In this document: positions 11,001 to 19,700 of the stretch, in pieces | Layout of the letters: the number at the start of each line of letters is the position of its first letter | Numbering within the stretch: the first letter of the stretch is position 1 | Source of the DNA: Salinivirgaceae bacterium | GTDB taxonomy: Bacteria; Bacteroidota; Bacteroidia; Bacteroidales; SZUA-534 | Assembly: GCA_017645945.1 (NCBI GenBank) | Contig: JAGCNL010000087.1 | Location: forward strand, 11,847-75,846 | Length of the DNA stretch: 64,000 bases | Direction of reading: 5' to 3' | The notes under the pieces: model-generated | What the model saw: the letters and a program-made list of their open reading frames with translations, nothing else | The model's database searches: none | What the model was told of the DNA's origin: nothing | Made by a program: the position numbers and the translations under genes

Positions 11001-12555
11001 CGCTTGCCCGCCGTTCGAGGCTGAATTCAAGAACACTTCGGTGGGTAAAGGGCTGAGTTTCAACTGGAATTTCGGTAACGGTGAGACCATTGATACCGAC
11101 AGCCTTAAAAATCAGTCGGTTGTTTATGACAATACAACCTCAGAACCAATAACTTACAACGTTGTATTGATGACGGAATCGGCGCTCGGTTGCCGCGATA
11201 CTATGACCAACCCGATGATTACGTTCCCGAACGTAAAAGTGGATTTCGATTACAATCCGGCAGGATGTAGTCCGCACACGGTAAAATTCATCAACAGGTC
11301 ATCGTCAACGGTGGCAAACCACCTTTGGTATTTTGGTGAGGGCAGTGCATCAGTTGCTGACGAGCCGACATTCACCTATTTCAACACCACCGACAACGAT
11401 CAGGTGATGACCGTGACTTACATCGGTTCATCGAAATATCAGTGCTCTGATACCATCAAGAAGAATGTAACGGTGTATATCAACCCGAATGTGGATTTCG
11501 TGGCACATGAGCCGTCGCAGCGCTATCCTGATGATACAGTGTATTTTGAGAACTATACTCAAGATGGTCCGTGGACATACAGTTGGGATTTCGGCGATGG
11601 AAAAACATCGCAAACCAGCGAGAAGTATTTCATGCACAAATATGGCAAGTGGGCGCCAAACTCCAACGATAACATTTTCCATGTGACGTTGAGCGTTCAG
11701 AGTGCACACTGTAAAAATACTGTCAGTCACGATGTTACAATCCTTCCGCCGTATCCGCGAATCAGGATTACGAATGAGAAGCCTGCCGGTTGTGTGCCGC
11801 TGACTGTGCAGTTCGAGATTGAGGCCGAATATTGTAAAACATACGAGTGGACTTTCGACGATGGCACAACATCGACCAGTCCTACACCCGAACATACATT
11901 CACCGAGCCAGGTATCTACAATGTTAAACTGACGGCATATGGCGATGGCGGTTCGCACTACGATTATGAGATAATCACAGTGCATGAGTTGCCGCAACCT
12001 GATTTCACAACATCGCCGCAGTTTGTGATGCTGCCTAACCAGCAGGTTCAGTTCTTCAATGCAACCCGCAACGGTTACAATTATGTATGGGATTTTGGCG
12101 ACGGCACTTACTCGTCAGAGCAGAACCCGCACCATCTCTATACCGAAGAGGGAATCTATGATGTCAAGTTGGTGGCTTACAGCACGCAGATGTGTGTCGA
12201 TTCCATCCTGAAGATTGCTGAGGTTGAGGTGAGCGGTGCTGGCTACATCAAGTATCCTAATGCTTTCATGCCGTCCGACATGAGTCCGAGTGACGGCTCT
12301 TATCCTGTTCCCGACGATATGAACAATGTGTTCCATCCCAAATGGTCGGGAGTGAAGGAGTATGATTTGTGGATTTTCAACCGCTGGGGCGAGATGCTCT
12401 TCCATACCACCAATATAGAAGTGGGTTGGAACGGCAAATACAACAACGATGGCAAAGACCTTGGGCAGGATGTCTATTTCTGGAAGGCCAAGGGTAAATT
12501 CCAGAACAACACACCGTTCAAGATAGCCGGCGATGTAACCCTAATTCGTAAATGA
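5071..12555 (+). CDS. giant secreted PKD-repeat surface protein with T9SS type-B (CHU_C / gliding-motility) C-terminal domain, SprB-like
   Basis: The ORF track opens at 4921, but the first credible start is ATG 5071 (signal peptide MKHLFKILAILLLLPIFHANAQ). I count about 16-18 PKD-like repeats from the W-x-F-G-D-G-(T/S) core and the following GC.D...V.V.P pattern (roughly 7000-12250). The last ~100 aa (12253-12552: YPNAFMPS...VFHPKW...IFNRWGEMLF...WNGKYNNDG...YFWKAKG) match the type-B sorting domain. Confidence 0.85.
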   Translation: MKHLFKILAILLLLPIFHANAQTDNEFWFCVPQMTAQHEKDQPKLFLTNTTDSRVTVTIEMPRNSAEFTKKTLTVEPHQQTYYNFKDYFTNDVNKTVNGVREVYDSPNIIESGLCGESCVVKNKGIHVTATGLITAYLQRGNTNNCDIWALKGKNAYNGADGKVEPDEDMFIVPLEDIGNCDEFHSGASHMNVSCVDGRPGAWYAVDIVAVEDGDVTVTLPTDAQGRITLKIENWGTDNPTRTFSMERGQTLNLKAASRDKSAKSGGGIVVKSTGKIAVQWKDDSLLAKYVNEDGGGKGTSWDAAGDQLVPVCLAGKEYIVMRGQLGDDYTNGNNSSNRMHENVYFMATEEGTTTVQFKTDAGNTVSKTINGVGSWGKFLLNKYNITKNSNDKNYDAVHIQSDKPIIVWHISGSSGAEVGGAILPTIEGCTGSEDVSVCRSSTSSFDFWLNIMCKKAHIGDFKVKVDNNAEVSIPSSYFAEIGNTGWCYLTRAHMKFSSDDGTRKAVGAGKVVRVRNTTGIFHLAVINGNNSGSCQYGYFSNFDDNTGSAVISDAVNDIESEYSKFCDGDTVTLVARGGLSYSWKFIDKDGLGYPTSETFITPQAAQMVSDKPRVVPFEGFNQYQVTIQRRCYLGTNVDTTIDVWALGYPRAKSDFTIESLTECSPAKVVFTNKTNENGKLFDYTWTLTGGDLPTPVKSTKKNYGADTLTFTNETDAKHTYNLILEASLGSNCPDKSDPKSFCVNPVITAKISADPVKGCTPLNVKFENESTGPYTKILVNFGDGTGWIDSYTPQTKTMNHTYNNPSIYDTVYWAKIKIFDELNGSCDSEDSVKIRVFGRVKSQYIIDNTSDCSPLTTKIENTSLGDEQNIVYTWNFDVVPSGSVNKELTDGRLEYLWNGDMTAGNVRNDRPFNITYRNTANIPARHLIRLTATRQNSDGSTCASVTPWDTVTVFPEFTVDYEVTPKYICDSSYVSFTNKSSDLSDNSHFFWTMGDGATENNHGQFYHTYYHTLPDVQEYETKLIGESKYGCRDTASNGTITVMPYLNPNFTIDKAEGCSPLYVTVVNNMPGHSYKENPKWEIDCAPCTYEIISGSLDDRAVLKFENKTGSRKEITISLTESYRDVNMTYDCPKTFSRSITIYPEITAGITSDKTAPVCDGTIVTFTNSTIFSGVTTSPADYRWTFGDGATLSKTDNSVTTHIYNNTTGSTGTDPISFTATLIAMANGCSDTATATVEVYPPVVASFTSDNYSVCAPATVTLNNSSTGAGKFVYSFADGTADSVKIDMSAMTYSIVNTDPNQIAVRPVTLTASNGECTDAITKNFYAYPVIVPQFSLSKTEGCAPVQDVVLDRSATTGASTYKIDFGDGITDETGRAQLNHTFENKTGADVAYTVKLTAANNIGCDASTEQTVTVFPELAAAFSFEKATECSPADVTLKNNSLNGSQFVWSFGDGTASETKTDKADFTHNYANSSADGRSISEYTIKLVTIDGNHPVCRDSVTRTIQIYPQVIAQFATENAEGCSPLTTTFTNQSKGYGLTYSWDYDHDNRHSAETAESHTYTFDNIEAEAHTYNVKLTVTDINNCQSVATMPVKAYPHVTADFAYVKSQACTPYPVTFSYPTSALNGNRFDWDFGFGGNTATKIDRSTFDFVFDNDALDEVKTYTITLVTTDTTTGCSDRTSKPIEVYPQLKPAFTQDITEGCNPLPVAFTNQTTGLADYLWEFGDSQSSSEANPKHLFKHFELTDQNYNVVLKATQTATGCEKKVNQNITVYSYVLAKFGINETEDGANGAANGILGGCTPFDVTITDSSRLISTGTWSWDFGDGTTSTDRQPRSRVYTNDDRDYPLENKSYTIKLVVTNDHGCKHDTAQVVAVYPRSVPDFTGNFVGCEPLTVAFEDKSVVDDKTQYFWTFSDGSTIVDKPPFSKTFHNYDYENSKKYTVNLKTTTEYNCADDITKEIEVYAKPLARFIPLVDRACPPFEAEFKNTSVGKGLSFNWNFGNGETIDTDSLKNQSVVYDNTTSEPITYNVVLMTESALGCRDTMTNPMITFPNVKVDFDYNPAGCSPHTVKFINRSSSTVANHLWYFGEGSASVADEPTFTYFNTTDNDQVMTVTYIGSSKYQCSDTIKKNVTVYINPNVDFVAHEPSQRYPDDTVYFENYTQDGPWTYSWDFGDGKTSQTSEKYFMHKYGKWAPNSNDNIFHVTLSVQSAHCKNTVSHDVTILPPYPRIRITNEKPAGCVPLTVQFEIEAEYCKTYEWTFDDGTTSTSPTPEHTFTEPGIYNVKLTAYGDGGSHYDYEIITVHELPQPDFTTSPQFVMLPNQQVQFFNATRNGYNYVWDFGDGTYSSEQNPHHLYTEEGIYDVKLVAYSTQMCVDSILKIAEVEVSGAGYIKYPNAFMPSDMSPSDGSYPVPDDMNNVFHPKWSGVKEYDLWIFNRWGEMLFHTTNIEVGWNGKYNNDGKDLGQDVYFWKAKGKFQNNTPFKIAGDVTLIRK

Positions 12556-13538
12556 AGATGAAGAAACTGAAATATTATATATTGTTACTGTTGATTGGTG
12601 CCGGGTTAGAGGGCCGGGCTCAAGATCCGCAGTTCACCCAATTTTATTCGAATCCGTTGTATCAGGCGCCATCGTTCGCGGGTGGCATATCGGGTTACCG
12701 CGTTGGCATGACCTACCGCGACCAATGGCCGAAAATGCCGGGCTTGCTCACCACCATAAACATGTATGCCGACATGAACATGCTCAAAATTAACAGTGGT
12801 TTTGGTGTCATCGCTTTGCGCGACCAGATGGGTTCGGCCAATTACACTCACACTTATATCGGTTTCCTCTATTCTTACAATGTCCGCATAACGCGCACCA
12901 TCTATCTCCGTCCGGGACTTGGATTCTATTATGGACAGCGCAATCTCGACCGCGACAAACTTGTGTTTGCCAGTCAGTTATATTCCGAGTCTGATTTGCA
13001 GCCCATCTTGCCTGACGAGTTTGTAAAGACATCATATTTCGATGGCAGTGCATCACTGCTTCTCTCAATGCGCAACAGTTGGATTGGTATTTGTGCCGAC
13101 CACCTTATGCGCCCTAACGAGTCGGTAACCGACTTTGCATACCGCTATCCTGTCAAATGGAACATTTTCGGCGGGACAAAAATATTCAAGGCCGAGCGAC
13201 TGATCGGAACAAAGCGTCAGAGCATAACCATAGCAGGAAACTACCGCCACCAGGGCCAGACCGATCAGGTTGATGTGGGATTGTATTGGAGTTACTCGCC
13301 GTTAGTGCTTGGTGTCTGGTACCGCGACCTGCCTTTGATTAAGGACTACAGCCGTCGTGATGCCATTTCGGTTCTGTTGGGCTATAATTACAAGGATTTG
13401 AATATCGGTTATAGTTACGATTTCACTATCTCGCGCCTTATAACATCAACTGGCGGCGCGCATGAGGTGTCGCTTTCATACAAATTCGAAATCGAGCGCA
13501 AGCATAGGTTCAGAGCTATTCCGTGTCCTGAGTTCTAA
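12552..13538 (+). CDS. PorP/SprF-family type IX secretion system membrane protein
   Basis: 328 aa with a signal peptide. The N-terminus AQDPQFTQFYSNPLYQAPSFAGG is characteristic of PorP/SprF. ATGA start/stop overlap with the upstream type-B-CTD gene. An alternative ATG lies at 12558. Confidence 0.85.
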   Translation: MKMKKLKYYILLLLIGAGLEGRAQDPQFTQFYSNPLYQAPSFAGGISGYRVGMTYRDQWPKMPGLLTTINMYADMNMLKINSGFGVIALRDQMGSANYTHTYIGFLYSYNVRITRTIYLRPGLGFYYGQRNLDRDKLVFASQLYSESDLQPILPDEFVKTSYFDGSASLLLSMRNSWIGICADHLMRPNESVTDFAYRYPVKWNIFGGTKIFKAERLIGTKRQSITIAGNYRHQGQTDQVDVGLYWSYSPLVLGVWYRDLPLIKDYSRRDAISVLLGYNYKDLNIGYSYDFTISRLITSTGGAHEVSLSYKFEIERKHRFRAIPCPEF

Positions 13539-13626
13539 TTTTGGCAAGGATAAAAGAACTTTGACCAAAGCGCATCTCCAGTCCGTTGAAAAATCTCAAC
13601 GGGGTGCACACCTATAATATATTGAT

Positions 13627-13634
13627 TATCTTTG
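13627..13634 (+). promoter_or_regulatory. candidate -7 promoter box for the 2341-aa gene
   Basis: TATCTTTG matches TAnnTTTG, 75 nt upstream of ATG 13709. It lies just downstream of a 7-bp hairpin, CCGTTGA(13583-13589)/TCAACGG(13596-13602). Confidence 0.4.
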
Positions 13635-13708
13635 CAGACAAAGCGACTGCGATGCAGCGAGGGCTGTTCGCAAGATTGTGTTGTTTAATCATTTAATATG
13701 ATATAGCT

Positions 13709-16700
13709 ATGAAGAAATTATTTACTGCCGCTTTTTTAGTCTGTACATTGGGTGTCTTCGGGCAAAGTAAAGCAAGCGATGATAACATTATTTTTTATGA
13801 AGGGTTTGAGTCTAATTCATCATCGTTGCCAAATGGTTGGACTGGAGAATACAAGCAAGAGGATAGTCCTAAGCCAAATTCACTGAGATGGAAACTGAAT
13901 AGCGGAGGTGCAATACCGACAGGCAGTGATGTTGCCAAACCAGAAACTGCTCATGGTGGTAATAAAAACGCTTACCTCTATTATTTGTCGGTTTTGTATA
14001 AACACAAAATGTATCTAGTAAGTCCGCCGATCGATTTCAAAAATTATAATGTAGCAGGCGCGAAAAAGCCGATGCTAGTTTTTTGGTATTCGCAATTTCA
14101 GGACCGCGCAAGTTTTGGTGATGATTCAGGTGTCGATAATTTTGAGTTTTCGCTTCATTATAGAGTAGATGGCGGTGCTTGGAAATCATTTGGCACTCCT
14201 TACACACAGCCCACTGATGACAGCGAGCCTTGGAAATGTGATTCAGTGATGCTTCCAAGTGAGGTTTGTAGTAGCAATAATGTGCAGATTGCCTTTTTGG
14301 GAGTTACCAAAACCGTTGGTCACGGATGCTGCATTGATGATGTCTCGATTATTGAGACCGATGTGATTCCGCGAAAGGTTGAGAGCATTACGGCTACTCA
14401 TCCATCGACAAATGTGATGCCAACAAATTCCACCGATAACTCAATCTTGCGTTTACGCATCAAAGTGAGCGGAAACGATGGTACTATAAAGCTTAATTCA
14501 TTGGCAGTCACAGCTATGAACAATCAGACGATTGCCGCAGTTGAAGAGAATGGTATGAAACTGTTCTATACCGCAACAGAGTTTTTTAATAGCGACACAC
14601 CTTTAGATACCACATCGATAGTAAACGGCAAGGCTACGTTCAGTGGCCTCGATATGAGTCTGCCTACTGGTAGCAGTTATCTGTGGATAACCTGTGACAT
14701 AAAGGAAGACCATGAGCATCGTTTCCGAAACAATATTGTTGACTTTAAGGTTGATCCTAATGATATCAATGTCAGTGGTTTAACCTATCCAACAACGGCA
14801 CTAAGCCCGAATGGTAATCGAATAATTGCTGAGTCAATTTTCATCGACAACTTTGAAGATCAAGCCAATTCCGAAGCTATTTGGACATTCGACGGCGAGT
14901 TTGAACGTGCAGCGGCAAAGCAGCCTAATGGTCCGTTTGGAGGAACAGGCGGAGGTAACCCCAATCCTTCAAATGCCCATGGTGGAGCTTATATGATCGG
15001 AACCGACATTACAGGACTTGGTTCACTTAAGGGGAATTACGAGAAAAATATTGGCAGTGATGCTTATTTTGCTGAGTCAAAATCGTTTAACTGCTATTAT
15101 TACAAAGATATAAGTCTGATGTTCTACCGCTGGCTCAATGTCAGCAACAGTGATACAGCAGCTGTTAAAATCAGTTTCGATGGAGGAACCACCTGGAGCA
15201 ACATCTGGGCAAGTTCATCGGTGATTCAGGAGAAAGACTGGTCGTTCCAGTATCTGAACCTTAACAAGGTGGCCGACAGAAATCCGAATGTTAAGTTGCG
15301 TTTCACACTTGGTCCAACACGAAGCGGTTTGGCATATAGTGGCTGGAACATCGACGATGTGGCTCTTGTGGGAACTTACATTTATAAGGATGCGGCTTTG
15401 ACCGAGATTCTTACACCCAACACAGCTTGCGGGCTCGGCACCAACGAGGCGATTACAATCCGCTTGAAGAACGTGGGATTCAACGATATAAATGCACAAA
15501 CCAATAGCGAAGACAGTGTGTTGGTTAGTTATTCAATTGATGGCGGAGCATGGGTTACTGACACTGTCAAGGAAAATATCAAACGTGATGCAGAACTGTT
15601 GTATACATTCAAAACAAAGGCCGATTTGAGCAAGTTCGGTTCGCATGATATAGTGGTTAAAGTGTCGTTGGGCACTGATGTTAACGGCAATGTTATTGAT
15701 GAGGACGAACGTAACGATTTTGCTCAAAAAACTATAATGACTCTGCCATATCGCGATGTTCCTTATGCTCAGACATTCGACAGCATTGGCGATTATTGGT
15801 TCGGTAGAGGCGACACTTGGCAATACGCAAGATTGTCAGAGAAAGATGTTGAGAATCTGCTGAGATACCGAAGCAGTGGAACATGGCAGTATGGCAAACC
15901 GAGTTATGCGGGTTCGCCGTGCTGGTACACGAAAGTTGCAGATACAACTTACGCGGCTCATGACTCTTCATGGCTCGAAACGCCCTGCTTCAATATGAAA
16001 GCCATGCAGAAGCCTATTATCGAATTCCGTTTGAGAGGCAGCTCTGCCAGCACCGATGGTTTGGCAGTTTATTATTCAGTGGACAATGGCGGCGAGTGGA
16101 AAATTCTGCCCGCATACTCAAGCGCACTTCCGCATCCAAGCTGGAACTGGTACAACAACGCATCAGTTGCGGCACTGAAAACCGCAGGCTGGAGTGGAAA
16201 ATTCGGCTGGCAGATAGTCAAGCAGTTGTTGCCCGACGAGGTTGCCGGACAAGACTCTGTGAAGTTCCGTTTTGTGTTTGCTTCAGGTAAAAACTCGGGC
16301 TTTAAAGGTGAAGGCTTTGCCATCGATGATTTCCGCATGTATGAATCGCCTGTTGATGCAGGAATCGCTGGAATTATCGAGCCTGTTGATGCTTGCGAAT
16401 TGCTTGAGGAGCAGCCTATCACAGTGGCCATCCAGAACTTCGGTCTGCGCGGCATAATTCCAACCGACAGCATCATTGCAAGCGTTGTCATCAACGACAA
16501 ACTCACATTGACTGACACACTGTTTGTAACTGATACTCTTGCTGTTGGCGGTATTATCAACCACACATTCAATCAAAAGGTTAATATGTGGTATAAGAAG
16601 GCTTACAAAATGACGGCTTACACACAAGTTGTAGGTGATACAATGCGGTTGTTCCAGAATGGAAGCCCGCTGGTTAGTGGAGTGAATAACGATACTGCGC

Positions 16701-19700
16701 AAGCCGTAGCCAATGTTCTTGGTGAGCCGCAGTATGACCTTGGTGCTGATATTGGTACACTCGATCCTTCTGCTACACAACTTGATGGTCGTACACTTTC
16801 TGATGGAATTACACCTTTTGATGAGTATAGATGGAAATACAAATATGAATTACCAAATGGTGAGATTGCAGTTGTTCCAGAGGATTGTTATTTTGATGAG
16901 TCGAAACGCAAACTCAAAAAGTTGATTGATTTCCCTGCTGTCGACGGAGAGTATGAGTACTATATTTATGATAGCGTCCGAGTTGGACAATGTTGGTCGA
17001 CAGATAGCGTAAAAATCATAAAATCAAAAACTGATGTCGGCATTATAGCCGATAATGAGAATCTGAATCTTCCATCAGAGTTCTGCATCAACACTGATTT
17101 CAATAATATTACAGTTAAGGTTAAGAATATGTCAGGTGTTGATGAAGGAGAAGTTCCTGCTGGACAAACGATCAGCATTTGTTATCGTATGTTCGATGCC
17201 GACTCTAACCTATACACTTATAGCGAAGATACTATTTTGGAAGGTGGTTTCGCAAAACAAGCAACATTCCTTTACAAATTCAAGCAGCAGCCTAAGTTCG
17301 AAGTTGATGGTGAGCAGAAAATTTGGTTCTTTACACAGATACGTGCCGACATTGACCATTCTAACGATACACTTGCTCCAGTGACGGTTACCGTATGGCC
17401 ATTGCCGACAGTCGACCTTGGCGTTGACAGCATCTTAATTGCCGATCCGAGAGCTATGGTTTTGAGCACAGAGGCTATTGCTGGAGCTACCTATTCATGG
17501 CTGAATTATCAGGATACAGTTCAAAAATCAGATAAGAACTCGTTCGCAATAACCGACAGTTTGTCAGCTAAATATAAGGTGGCCGTTACTGATGTTCACA
17601 AATGTGCCACGGTGGTTGACAGCGTGTTGGTTGTTACCGATGACTGGACTTTTGCCGGGATGTTGTCGCCAACAAACCAATGTGAGCCGCAAAGCGGAAT
17701 GGACATAACCGTAAGTCTTGTGAACAACAGTCTGAACGAATATGGTGCAGGCTATCGTATTCCTGCGGTGGTCAATGTGAACGGCGCAACGCAACGCGAC
17801 ACCATCGTGTTGACAGACAGTGTCTTTGCTCACGACACAATATCTTACAAACTGATGAAATCTAAAGCAGATTTCCCTGCAATAGGCCAATTCCCTGTTA
17901 GCGTGAAGATTATGCCGCCGCACGACATTGACCGTGATGACACGTCGAATGTTGCTTTTGAATATGTGAACATTTGGGGCATTCCAAGACTTGAGTTGGG
18001 TATCGATACCATTTTCACTCTGCAGCCTGACACTGTAGTACTTGATGCAGGACAGGAATTCTCTTGGTTCAAATGGAACAAAAGGAACGAATACATGTCA
18101 CAGACATACAACGTGCTTACCACCGACAACACTTGCTATGTGTTTGCAATGAATGATCACGGATGTTATGCTGAGGACCAGAAAATCTACATCTATGATG
18201 ACTATCTCGGTGATACCATTGTGGCTACCGATACGGTGATAATCATCACAACCGATGTTGAGTTTGATGAGATAATCTCACCAGTTTCGTCGTGCGACAT
18301 AACTGAGGCTAATGTTTTGACGATTGACATCCGCAATAATGGTCTGTCGGCTATCAAGAACGGAACTGAGCTGCCAGTGAAAGTTCAAATCAATGACGAA
18401 GCGGCAAAAACCGTGACATTCAAACTGAAAGAGCAACTCAAGGTGGGCGCCACAACCCAGTTGTCGATGCCGTTTGTCACCAATTTCGAAAGTGATAAGA
18501 ATTACGTTGTGAAAACTTGGCTCGATTGGAATCTCGATCGCTTCCACGACAACGATACTTCAACCATTACAGTCAGCCAGTTCCCGCATCCGAATGCCTT
18601 CAGTCTCGGCGATGACGTCTATACAACTCAGCCTGACACTATAGTGTTGCATGCTCCTGAGAAACAGTATTATTATGCGTGGAGCAACGGATTGCGAGGT
18701 GATACGGTTGATGCAATCGCTTTGCCAAATGCCGCTTCGACAAGTTATTCGGTAAGAGTCTTCAACGAGTATAACTGCATCACTGCCGACACAATGTCGG
18801 TTTATACTTACGACCTTGAGTTCTCGGCCTTCACTGACAAGAAGAAAGAGAACAGCAACAGTTGCGAGCCAATAGAAGATGCGGTTGTTCATGGAAAGAT
18901 TTCAGTCAAGAGCCTTGACGAGATTCCTGTCGGAACCAACATGACGGCAAACTTCGATTTCAACGGAAAGAGTGACAAGTTCGAGATTACCTTGCCAACG
19001 CCGATAAACAAGGACAAGCCGTATACATTTGATTTTAAGGAGAAAATCAGCGTTCCTGATACTGGCAACTATGTCATGACTTCGGGCCTGACAGTGAACA
19101 ATATGCGTGAGGCTGACACTGCCAACTTCAAATCGACCGAGTTCCGCGTTGGCACATATCAGTTACCGTTCGAGGATACGGTATCAACTCGCGAGAATGT
19201 TTACACCATTGACGCTGGCAACCTGTTCTCAATTTTCGACTGGTACACAGAGCAGCATCATGATGGTCAGACTCTGACAGTTGTGAAATCGGGCGATTAC
19301 AGACTTAAGGCTACCGACATCAACGGCTGCGAAACTGAAGATTCAACCTATGTGCTGTTTATCAAGCCGCGGTACGAAATCGCAAAAATCGAATTCGATA
19401 CTCTGCTTTGCGAGAACGCTGAGCCGTCAAAAATATCGTTCTACCTGAAAAACACAGGTAACGATATTATTGCTAGCGGCAGTCAGACTGAAATTTCATA
19501 CATGACCAACGATTCGGTTCTTAATAAAGAGACATTCACGTTTAATAAGACCATTAGAGAGAAGGATTCCATTTTGATATCGTTCAATAAGTTGGCTAAC
19601 TTTGCCAAAGTGGATGTCGATTCTGTCAGAATTAAGGCTGTGATTGCCGGATTTGAGACAATGAAGACTGTGGCGGTAACTACCAAGCCCAATCCAATGG